NCBI GenBank assembly: GCA_050633245.1
Contig: JBOEGD010000020.1
Coordinates: 141,492 to 205,491, forward strand
DNA length: 64,000 nucleotides
Direction of reading: 5' to 3'
Source: Calditrichia bacterium
Lineage (GTDB): Bacteria; Calditrichota; Calditrichia; RBG-13-44-9; J075
The position numbers and the translations under genes are program-made. This document shows positions 37,933 to 46,556 of this stretch, piece after piece. The notes beneath the pieces were generated by a model. That model did not search any database. It was given only the letters and a program-made list of their open reading frames with translations, and was not told the origin of the DNA. Each line of letters starts with the position of its first letter. The first letter of the stretch is position 1.

Positions 37933-39192
37933 TTAGTTTGTCGACAACACGTTCAAAAATTCACCCTGAATTCCGAATCCGATGCTGATGGTATTCTCAT
38001 CATTAAACTTGCTGTCACCAAGTGTTCTGTGCGCGTATTCAGCCTTAAAAACCACGTTCTTATTAGGAAGGAAGTTGATGCCGGCAGTAATGACATTACG
38101 CTCGAAGCGTGGATCGGCAAAAACCAGACCTTCGACGTCTTCCATAGAGTTATAGTGTTCGTATCTTAGAAAAGGTAGTAGCTCGCCCTCTGTAGAAGAG
38201 GAATTTAGAGCGAAGAGGTTAAAGGCGCCTTCGATTGAATATAAAGTAGCATTTGCTGCCACAGGTGTTCTTGCAACGCCCAGGTTGTTCGATAGAAGGC
38301 TGTTAGACCTGGTTACCCGGTCGGAGTTTGCAAGATCGCCATAAAGGAATTGACCATAAATGCGCACTTGTTGATTTTGATAGCGCGCATGTGCTTCGGC
38401 AATCGTTACATGGGCATCAATGCCTTCCATGTCGTCTTTGGGACGATTGCCGCTCGTATTGCCACGATAAAACGAACCGGCAAGATGGAAGTTTTTGAAA
38501 CCGGAATAATTTGCGTGCAGGAAATAGGCAAGATCGGTGGCATCAACCTGCTCGAAGCGGCCTTGATAGCCGTCGCGAACCCAGAACTTCGAGCTGAATC
38601 CCGTTCCATCTAGGCCATTAACCAGACCAAGTCTATAGCCTAGGTTTTTCCAGCTTCCGCTTAATGCCAGACCCGTTTCGTGCCAGCTAACCGGGATTAA
38701 CGCACGCGCGGCTTCCGGTCTGCTAACTGTCAGAAAATCGGTTGGCTTATCAAACCTGTTTAGCATTCCGATTGGAATAGTGAAGTGTCCCAGCTGCACG
38801 GAGAATGTTGGTGCAAATGTCTTTTTTAGATAAAATTGCTCAACTAATATCTCGCCGCCCTTTTCCACTTCCTGTTCAAATTCGCCAAATTCCTCGAATT
38901 CGAGCTCAAGTGCGCTGCCGGTGCCACCGTGTTCGTATTCTACCTCAAACTCAACGTACATCGATGAATCAAAATAGTATTTCATCTCGGTAACTACCCG
39001 CGGTATGTCCATAATTGCGCGGCTATCTGAAGGTGAGCCGTTTAAGCCACTTCGTTGATCCGGGCCATAGTCAAAATACGAGTATATTGTTTCTCCATAG
39101 CCTTTTATAATAAATTTTGGAGCGGGTTCTTGTGCATGGACTGAAGAAAATGAAGCTAAGATTAGTGTAAGAATGAGTAGCCGTAAAAACAT
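37933..39192 (-). CDS. outer-membrane beta-barrel/porin of an imelysin-associated iron uptake locus
   Basis: Signal peptide; EVEYEHGG...E.EKGGE..VEQ and P.SWHETG motifs; amphipathic strands. Confidence 0.8.
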   Translation of the reverse strand: MFLRLLILTLILASFSSVHAQEPAPKFIIKGYGETIYSYFDYGPDQRSGLNGSPSDSRAIMDIPRVVTEMKYYFDSSMYVEFEVEYEHGGTGSALELEFEEFGEFEQEVEKGGEILVEQFYLKKTFAPTFSVQLGHFTIPIGMLNRFDKPTDFLTVSRPEAARALIPVSWHETGLALSGSWKNLGYRLGLVNGLDGTGFSSKFWVRDGYQGRFEQVDATDLAYFLHANYSGFKNFHLAGSFYRGNTSGNRPKDDMEGIDAHVTIAEAHARYQNQQVRIYGQFLYGDLANSDRVTRSNSLLSNNLGVARTPVAANATLYSIEGAFNLFALNSSSTEGELLPFLRYEHYNSMEDVEGLVFADPRFERNVITAGINFLPNKNVVFKAEYAHRTLGDSKFNDENTISIGFGIQGEFLNVLSTN

Positions 39193-39242
39193 ATATAAAC
39201 CGCCTGTGTATTGAATATCTTAAAAACAAGTTTACGGGCGGG

Positions 39243-39261
39243 GAAAATGACTTTCAATTGC
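39243..39261. promoter_or_regulatory. possible Fur box
   Basis: GAAAATGACTTTCAATTGC, 12/19 to the GATAATGATAATCATTATC consensus, about 50 bp upstream of the porin gene. Confidence 0.45.
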
Positions 39262-39351
39262 GAAGATTTATGGGAATCTTTGTTCTGGAGGAGGGGTTCT
39301 TAGGGAACAAGTGTTCTTCTTTAAGAACCATTATTAAAAATAAGCGTACAT

Positions 39352-39382
39352 AAAAAAGGCGTTTCTCGAAAGGAAACGCCTT
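39352..39382 (-). terminator. rho-independent terminator
   Basis: AAGGCGTTTC-loop-GAAACGCCTT with a U run on the minus strand. Confidence 0.8.
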
Positions 39383-39409
39383 GAAAAGTCATCACTTCTG
39401 TATTTCTAC

Positions 39410-39619
39410 TTAGGACATCTGAAAGCGGACAGCCTGCATCATATTGTTGAAATTTACGCCATCATCTTTTGCGATTTGCAGAGCTTCCCGCAGGTAATAT
39501 TCATCAAGTGTCTCGTAATAATCGTGTAAATACAACATGACGAGCTCTTCAGAATCTTTTTTGGTCCAGTCTCCATATGGAGAATCAAATAGCTTGAGAG
39601 CATTTGTTAAATCGTACAT
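39410..39619 (-). CDS. small acidic hypothetical protein
   Basis: GAGGAG Shine-Dalgarno overlapping the HAD stop; terminator downstream. Confidence 0.75.
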   Translation of the reverse strand: MYDLTNALKLFDSPYGDWTKKDSEELVMLYLHDYYETLDEYYLREALQIAKDDGVNFNNMMQAVRFQMS

Positions 39620-39629
39620 GTTTATCTCC

Positions 39630-40268
39630 TCAGTACATCTTTTTCAACACGTTGAGCGTATCGCCTAGATTATCGGAAACCACATCAGCTTCCTTTAGAA
39701 ACATTGGCGACAAGGTTGTGGTTATGGCTATGCAGCTCATATTGGCTGCTTTAGCGCTGCGAATACCGAATGGAGCATTTTCGATAACCACGCATTCTTC
39801 CGGCTTTGCGTTTAGAGCTTCTGCTGCACGCAGATAGGGTTCTGGTGCCGGCTTTGTGAAAAATACGTCATCTAATGTAACAACGGCGTCAAAATACTCT
39901 ACAATGCCAAAGTTCTCCAGAGCCTCAACAACGCGCGTACGTCGGGCACCACTTACTACACCCAGTCGTAAATCTCGTTCTCTGGCCCAGTTTAACAGAT
40001 CTAACAAATCCGGGTAGAGTTCAATATCCTTGATTTGATCGTAATGCTGACGTTTCTTCTCTACAATATTAGACGCTTCTTCAAATGGTAGATTGAACTT
40101 GCGGGTGAACTGGTTTGCCAATTCTTCCACAGCAGCACCTTCGCGAACGTAAAGTTCTTCCGGGGCCATCTCAATGCCATAGTCCTCCATAGCAAGGCGC
40201 CACCCTTCATAGTGGTCTTCCATGCTGCGGATTAAAACGCCATCAAAGTCGAATAGTACCACTTTCAT
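39630..40268 (-). CDS. HAD-family phosphatase (beta-phosphoglucomutase-like)
   Basis: FDFDGVL, VVSG, KPAPEPY, IENAPFG. Confidence 0.92.
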   Translation of the reverse strand: MKVVLFDFDGVLIRSMEDHYEGWRLAMEDYGIEMAPEELYVREGAAVEELANQFTRKFNLPFEEASNIVEKKRQHYDQIKDIELYPDLLDLLNWARERDLRLGVVSGARRTRVVEALENFGIVEYFDAVVTLDDVFFTKPAPEPYLRAAEALNAKPEECVVIENAPFGIRSAKAANMSCIAITTTLSPMFLKEADVVSDNLGDTLNVLKKMY

Positions 40269-40449
40269 TGCTATGCTATCCTGGTATTCGCGTAAGTAAT
40301 ACCTAATTTAGAAACACTGGCGGACAACTTTGTGATTTTTTTATCAAATCAATTGTACAAAAATATAGCTGAATTCTCTATTACTTCAAAATTAAATGCC
40401 GCCTGACATTAAAATTTAACGCGTGGTTAAGAAATAAGATTCAGAACGA

Positions 40450-41358
40450 TTACTTTTTCGATTCCGGAGCTTTCAGCACATACTTAGCATATAGCTCTTC
40501 GAGAACACTGCGTGAACGCAAACGCTTTGCTTCTACTCCAGCCTTGCTTAGTCGAGCCAGAACATGTTGAACCTCCGCATCGCCACCGGTAAGCTCTATT
40601 CGTAACTCATCATCATTTTTTTGCACAATCTTATGGGAAACAGCGGCTTGCTGCTCAATGATGGATAGCGCAGCTGCAGTAATGTCTAAAGATAAAACGG
40701 TGTCCAGATCGTCTTGTAAATTGAATTGCTTAATCAATTTTCCCTTGTGAAGTAAGATAACCGAGTTGCACAGAGACTCAAGTTCCTCAAGATTATGCGA
40801 TGCATATAGAATCGTCACGTTTTCGAGTTTCAGTAATAGCTCTCTTAATTTCTTTTTACCATCAGGGTCAAGTCCGGATGTTGGTTCGTCTAAAAGCAAA
40901 ATGGGAGGGCGGTGGAGCAGGGCAATGGCCAGCTGGACGCGCTGTATCATTCCCTTGGAAAAGCTGGACAATAGGAAATCAGACGCGTCAGTAAGTTCGA
41001 CAAATTCGAGTACTTCGCTGATTCTTCTGTTTGAATCAGTTATACTATGCATTTTTGCCGTGGAAGTAAGGAGCTCTGCCGGCGTAAAGTTCTCGAGCCC
41101 CTCCTGTCGCTCCGGGACATAGCCGATAAATCTCCGCGCTGTTTCGAGGTCACTTTCACCATGAATCCGAATTGTGCCGCTGTCGCGTATTATAAAACGT
41201 AAGAGAAGCTTTAATAACGTCGATTTCCCGGAGCCATTCGCACCAATAATTCCCAGTCGTTCTCCCGGAGAAACGCGCAGGTTAAAATTGTCTAAAGCAG
41301 GCTCTGCGTTTTTGCTGTATCGCTTGGAAACTTTGTTTAATTCAATTTCATGAAGCAT
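40450..41358 (-). CDS. ABC transporter ATP-binding protein (ABC-2 exporter type)
   Basis: GANGSGKS Walker A, FSKGM signature, LLLDEPTSGLD Walker B, SH switch. Confidence 0.95.
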   Translation of the reverse strand: MLHEIELNKVSKRYSKNAEPALDNFNLRVSPGERLGIIGANGSGKSTLLKLLLRFIIRDSGTIRIHGESDLETARRFIGYVPERQEGLENFTPAELLTSTAKMHSITDSNRRISEVLEFVELTDASDFLLSSFSKGMIQRVQLAIALLHRPPILLLDEPTSGLDPDGKKKLRELLLKLENVTILYASHNLEELESLCNSVILLHKGKLIKQFNLQDDLDTVLSLDITAAALSIIEQQAAVSHKIVQKNDDELRIELTGGDAEVQHVLARLSKAGVEAKRLRSRSVLEELYAKYVLKAPESKK

Positions 41359-41596
41359 TTAAGACCCGGACTGTAAGATGATTTACTTTTACTATAGACA
41401 ATTTAGTGTAAGATACGGTATAAAAAACTTGATTTTTATACCACTTATGATGATTTTCGATACGTTGGCAACACATTCTGTCGAAAGTCTGTCTTTGCAA
41501 AGTAGATCCTTCAGACTTTCCCCGGCTGCTCAGAAACTGCACATTTAGTAACTCTCAGAATGACGGTTGCATTCCGCTTATTATAATTGACGACAT

Positions 41597-42781
41597 ATGA
41601 TATCCTTGAAAAGTGAAAAGCTGTTGATAGATGACTCGGTCAACTCAGCGATGCGGCGCGCTGGCACAGCGGCATTTGATTGTCTGGCTTTACCCGACAA
41701 ATTTTCAGGAGCGGCATATTACATATATCATTTAACACGAGCCGTACTGCAGTCGAATCGCTCGTTTAATATTGCTGTCATTTGTCGTCCAATACATGCA
41801 GAATTGTTCTCTGCCCTTCTTCTCCCGGGAGATAAGCTTATCACACCGCCCCTCAGTAATCGGTTCGAGAGGTTGTTCTTTTATGAATTTCGCTTGAAAA
41901 CACTTCTGAAGAAACATGCCATCGGTCTTTTCTATGCGATGCATTATATTACGCCACCACGCTCCCGCGATTATTCGATTATCAACACGGTTCATGATCT
42001 GGGGTTTTTGCTGCACCCAAACTATTATCCAATGATAAAACGCCTCTATTTTGGCTCAAGGCTGCCGCTTTTCCTGAAGCGGTCGGATTTGATCTCTGCA
42101 ATCTCGCTTTCGACAGCAGAAAGCTTAAAGAAGCTCTTTCCTCAGTATGCCGATCGAGTGGTGGTAAATGTGCCCGGAACAGATCATTTAATTTTCGAGG
42201 ACGCTTCCGGTGGAATTGTGAATGAGAGGCCCCCTTTTTTCCTCGCTGTAAATACGTTTGAAAAGCGTAAAAATATCCCTTTTCTGGTACGCGTCTTTAA
42301 TCGTCTGAAACAGCAGTATAATATGCCGCATCAGCTCGTTTTAGTCGGCCAGCGGGCCAATGGTGCAGCTGAAGTCTATCGTGAAGTGGAAAACTCTCCT
42401 TATAGTGAAGACATACTGCTACCGGACTGGGTTGAAGAAGATACTCTGGCAAACTATTACCGTCATTGTGATGCGTTCTTAAACGCTTCTTTTTATGAAG
42501 GATTTGGTTTTACTCCACTAGAAGCCATTCGCTATCAGCGCCCGGTATTTCTCTATAAAAACACCACTGCTAATGAATTTCTTGGTAATCAAAAAACAAT
42601 ATTTCCGCATCTTAATGCCGACTCCTGGGCAGATTCCATTTTCTCGGCCTGGAAGAAGGGTTATCCGGAACGAATCTCTCCCGATTCATTTTTGCCGCAT
42701 ACCTGGCAGAAGTCTGCCATCGGAGCGGTGCATCAGATTGAACATCTTATGAAAAAGGATGAGATCCGTGTATCAAAATGA
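41597..42781 (+). CDS. glycosyltransferase family 4 (GT-B)
   Basis: TVHDL, EKRKN, S.YEGFGFTPLEA motifs. Confidence 0.9.
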   Translation: MISLKSEKLLIDDSVNSAMRRAGTAAFDCLALPDKFSGAAYYIYHLTRAVLQSNRSFNIAVICRPIHAELFSALLLPGDKLITPPLSNRFERLFFYEFRLKTLLKKHAIGLFYAMHYITPPRSRDYSIINTVHDLGFLLHPNYYPMIKRLYFGSRLPLFLKRSDLISAISLSTAESLKKLFPQYADRVVVNVPGTDHLIFEDASGGIVNERPPFFLAVNTFEKRKNIPFLVRVFNRLKQQYNMPHQLVLVGQRANGAAEVYREVENSPYSEDILLPDWVEEDTLANYYRHCDAFLNASFYEGFGFTPLEAIRYQRPVFLYKNTTANEFLGNQKTIFPHLNADSWADSIFSAWKKGYPERISPDSFLPHTWQKSAIGAVHQIEHLMKKDEIRVSK

Positions 42782-43610
42782 CATATTAGCCACAATAAAA
42801 TTGGCGCATTTCTACAAAAGTGCATTTACGCCTCAACAGGTTCGCCGCTATATGCGCCGAAAGGTCTCTCAGTCCGATTTCGAAGATCAGCTTGCACAGC
42901 TGATGAGTGAAGGTACTATTTGGCAACAGGATGGTGCATTGTTTAGTGCTGATCTACTCGAGCTTTATAATCAGAAAAAAACCTGGAGTCGTGATCTTTT
43001 TATGGAGCACAAAAAGTTGCTGGGGTGGTTAACCCGAATGCCATGGGTGCGTTTTGTCGCTCTTACCGGGGCAAATTCATTCGAATCTTGCCGTGAAAAT
43101 GATGATATCGATCTGTTTCTGATTACCAGCCCGAAACGTCTGTGGATATCGTATGTTCTGTTAGTCATTTTTAGTAAGTTGTTTAGACGCAGACATGTAT
43201 TTTGCCTGAACTATCTAATCGACGAGACGCATTTGGAGATTCGAAAAAAAGATTATTATACCGCGGTTCAAATAATGCAAATGGTTCCATTAACGAACAA
43301 TTCATTAAGTAACCGCATCTTGCAAAGTAATCGCTGGATACTTTCGATTCTTCCCAATGCAGCATCTGCTCTGGAGAGGAAGCCCTTCTACCATCTCAGC
43401 TCACGCAAATTCCCCAAGGCATCAAAGTTCTCTCCGATGACATTGTTAAACCGTGCTATCTTTAGTGTTTACAGCAGACATCTGCGTCGTAAATATCCGA
43501 TGGAATTCGGTAAGGGAATTGCTCTCAGTGAGGGTGTTGCTCAATTAAACCGGGTAGATCATCACGATAGTTATGTGGATATTTATCGTGAAATAGAGGC
43601 AGCGCTATGA
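42759..43610 (+). CDS. protein with a Pol-beta-like nucleotidyltransferase-fold motif
   Basis: VALTGANS...DDIDLFLIT (hG[S/A]-x-DxD); possible N-terminal winged helix. Confidence 0.65.
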   Translation: MRSVYQNDILATIKLAHFYKSAFTPQQVRRYMRRKVSQSDFEDQLAQLMSEGTIWQQDGALFSADLLELYNQKKTWSRDLFMEHKKLLGWLTRMPWVRFVALTGANSFESCRENDDIDLFLITSPKRLWISYVLLVIFSKLFRRRHVFCLNYLIDETHLEIRKKDYYTAVQIMQMVPLTNNSLSNRILQSNRWILSILPNAASALERKPFYHLSSRKFPKASKFSPMTLLNRAIFSVYSRHLRRKYPMEFGKGIALSEGVAQLNRVDHHDSYVDIYREIEAAL

Positions 43611-45034
43611 AAGTATTAATTAGCCACTCGTATTTTTTATACCTCGATGCAAAGGAGGCTGCTACGGGTAAGCCATATCCACCGTTGGCTTCCATTACCC
43701 TGGTTTCGTGGTTAAAGCAAGAGCTTGGAATTGATGCTGTCTTTCATGACGTAATGTTCGACCGTGATACCAGCGATCTTATTAAAGCCATTCGTCGCGA
43801 GAAACCCGATGTATTTATCTTATATGATGATGATTTTAATTTCCTTACTAAAATGTGCCTGCAAAACATGCGCGAGGCTATTTATGAGGTGATGCAGAAC
43901 GTAGAGAAACCGGGTCTTTTTCTCGCACATGGCTCGGATGCTTCCGATCAGGCCGATGAGTATCTGCGTTCCGGCTTTGATGTGATTGTCAATCGCAATG
44001 CCGAGAAAACAATCGTAGAGTTATTGAGTGCGCTGAAGACAGACGGTAAGCTTCCGGATTTGAATCGCGTCGACGGCATAAATTTCCTGCATGACAATGA
44101 ATTGATCAGCAGGCCGCAAATTCGCAAAAATCTACCGCTTGAAAATGCCCCACAACCTGCCTGGAATTCCATCAGTGTCGAGCCATATCGACAAATGTGG
44201 CAGGCAAGTCAGGGCTATTTTTCGCTGAATGTATCGACTTCTCATGGCTGTCCATTTCGCTGCAACTGGTGCGCAAAACCGCTTTATGGTCGCACCTACA
44301 AATCCATTACTCCTGAACGAGTAGCGGAAGAATTTCGCGTTTTACAGCACGATTTAAAAGCCGATATGCTTTGGATTACCGACGATATTTTTGCCCTGCA
44401 AAAAGGCTGGCTGGGCGAGTTGGCGACTCATCTTGAAGCCAAAAATGTACATATCTCCTATAAGTGTCAGAACCGGGCAGATTTAATTACCGAGGAATTG
44501 GCCGCCGATCTGCAGCGCACAGGGTGTAAGGAAGTATGGCTTGGCGTAGAGTCTGGCTCGCAGAAGATTCTGGATGCAATGGACAAAGATGAAACAGTGG
44601 AAACCATAAAGACCGCGAATCGCATCTTAAAAAAGCATGGTATCGAAGTCGGTTTTTTTCTGCAGTATGGTTATACCGGTGAAGATTATGCAGATATCCA
44701 AAAGACGCTACAGCTGGTTCGCGAGTGCTTGCCGGAACATATTGGAATCTCCGTTTCTTATCCGCTAAAAGACACACCGTTTTACGAACGAGTTGCCGAG
44801 CAGATGGGCGAGAAGAAAAACTGGTCTGACAGTGGCGATCTTGCAATGATGTTTACCGGCAAGTATCATCCGGACTTTTACCGGGCGCTGCACCAATACA
44901 CGCACCACTATTTTGGATTCGTTTCATTATTTAGACCTCAGCCGCTCAAAAAACGTATACGCCGGCTGGCGGCACAGTACAAACACATTCCCGGAATGTT
45001 TAAATATAAACGCATGATGAAGGTCTGGCTATGA
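43607..45034 (+). CDS. B12-binding domain radical SAM protein
   Basis: PYPPL N-terminus; CPFRCNWC; DDIF; GVESGSQKILDAM. Confidence 0.93.
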   Translation: MKVLISHSYFLYLDAKEAATGKPYPPLASITLVSWLKQELGIDAVFHDVMFDRDTSDLIKAIRREKPDVFILYDDDFNFLTKMCLQNMREAIYEVMQNVEKPGLFLAHGSDASDQADEYLRSGFDVIVNRNAEKTIVELLSALKTDGKLPDLNRVDGINFLHDNELISRPQIRKNLPLENAPQPAWNSISVEPYRQMWQASQGYFSLNVSTSHGCPFRCNWCAKPLYGRTYKSITPERVAEEFRVLQHDLKADMLWITDDIFALQKGWLGELATHLEAKNVHISYKCQNRADLITEELAADLQRTGCKEVWLGVESGSQKILDAMDKDETVETIKTANRILKKHGIEVGFFLQYGYTGEDYADIQKTLQLVRECLPEHIGISVSYPLKDTPFYERVAEQMGEKKNWSDSGDLAMMFTGKYHPDFYRALHQYTHHYFGFVSLFRPQPLKKRIRRLAAQYKHIPGMFKYKRMMKVWL

Positions 45035-46416
45035 AGCTGTTGCTAACGCACACTTATTTTTTGGAAGAAGATGCTTACGAGAAAAAGGTGATGAAACCCT
45101 ATCCGCCCTTGGGCATTTTGTATCTTTCTGCATGGATGAAGAAACATGATTGCGATGTGGAAGTATTTGATTCGACATTTTCTTCTTTAGATAAACTTCT
45201 GGAAAAACTGCAAAATGATAAGCCGGACATTCTGGGCATTCACTGTAATCTTCTTACCAAATTTGTTGTGCTAAAGCTGATCCGTTACTGCAATGAGAAT
45301 GGTATCATTGCCCTCTTGGGCGGCCCGGATGCTTCTACCCAGGTTCAGGAGTTTCTTGAGTATGGTGCTGATATCATTATCTCCGGAGAGGGTGAAGATG
45401 CCCTTCTGACCGTAATAACCGAACTGGAGAGTGGGCGTAGTCATCGCGAGCTGCACGATATTTCAAATGTTAGTTTTCGAGACGCCGATGGAAAGATTGT
45501 TCAGAATCTACGGAAGGCCGGCAAGCGGCAGTTGGATGACTATCCCTGGCCAGACCGCGAGGCGATCGATTTAACGCGGTATCTGGATGTCTGGGAAACT
45601 CATCATGGACAGCGCTCGGTTTCATTGATTACTGCACGTGGATGCGCATTTACATGTAAGTGGTGCAGCCATTCGGTTTACGGTCATACACATCGCCGCA
45701 GGCGTCCGGAAAAAGTAGTTGAAGAAATCCGTTGGATTACCAAAACCTACAGGCCGACGCACCTTTGGTATGCCGATGATGTGTTTACTGCCAATAAGCG
45801 CTGGTTGCAAAAGTTCAATGCGCTGATGCAGGCCGAAGGATTGGCGCTGCCGTTTGAATGTATTGCCCGTGCCGACAAAATTGATGATGAAATTGTGCAG
45901 ATTTTAAAAGAACTCGGTTGTTACCGCGTCTGGTTTGGGGCGGAGTCCGGCTCGCAAAAGATTCTGGATGCAATGGCTCGTGGAGTAACCAAGCAGCAGA
46001 TTTCTGATGCGACCAGATGGTGTCGAAAGCATGGTGTTGAAAGCGGTTACTTTGTGATGTTTGGCTATCCCGGTGAAGAATTAACGGACATTTATGAAAC
46101 CATCGATTTTGTTCAGCAGCAACAGCCGGATAAGTATTTAACCACGATTGCCTATCCGCTGCGGGGCACCGCGTTGTTTGATGAAGCGCAATCAGATATT
46201 CTTTACCATAACGAGTGGGAATCGCATTTACAGCGAGAGCTGGAAATTGACAAACGCTTCAGCAGAGAACTCTATCAGTTTGCGATTAAAAAGCTGGCCA
46301 GCGACTATCGTCGCAAGCAGCTGAAAGCGCAGAAACAAGATTTTCCGAAGCAAGTGTATCATGGTTTGCGCTCGTATTATTGCGACGTCAATATTAAGCG
46401 CCTTGCGCGGGCATAG
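45031..46416 (+). CDS. B12-binding domain radical SAM protein (paralog)
   Basis: PYPPLG; CAFTCKWC; DDVF; GAESGSQKILDAM; ATGA overlap with the upstream gene. Confidence 0.93.
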   Translation: MKLLLTHTYFLEEDAYEKKVMKPYPPLGILYLSAWMKKHDCDVEVFDSTFSSLDKLLEKLQNDKPDILGIHCNLLTKFVVLKLIRYCNENGIIALLGGPDASTQVQEFLEYGADIIISGEGEDALLTVITELESGRSHRELHDISNVSFRDADGKIVQNLRKAGKRQLDDYPWPDREAIDLTRYLDVWETHHGQRSVSLITARGCAFTCKWCSHSVYGHTHRRRRPEKVVEEIRWITKTYRPTHLWYADDVFTANKRWLQKFNALMQAEGLALPFECIARADKIDDEIVQILKELGCYRVWFGAESGSQKILDAMARGVTKQQISDATRWCRKHGVESGYFVMFGYPGEELTDIYETIDFVQQQQPDKYLTTIAYPLRGTALFDEAQSDILYHNEWESHLQRELEIDKRFSRELYQFAIKKLASDYRRKQLKAQKQDFPKQVYHGLRSYYCDVNIKRLARA

Positions 46417-46442
46417 CTGATTAAATATGCTTGCTCTTCTCT

Positions 46443-46458
46443 CTTCGACAGGCTCAGG
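46443..46458. repeat. half copy of a REP-like element (CTTCGACAGGCTCAGG)
   Basis: Similar to the arms at 62017-62081. Confidence 0.45.
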
Positions 46459-46556
46459 AGTTAGCAAGCCAATCCATTCTTTATCATCTTTAATCTTGCC
46501 GCTGTTGCTATCTTTAAATCGTTTGCATTCCCGCAGATATTTGATGAAAATTATTC

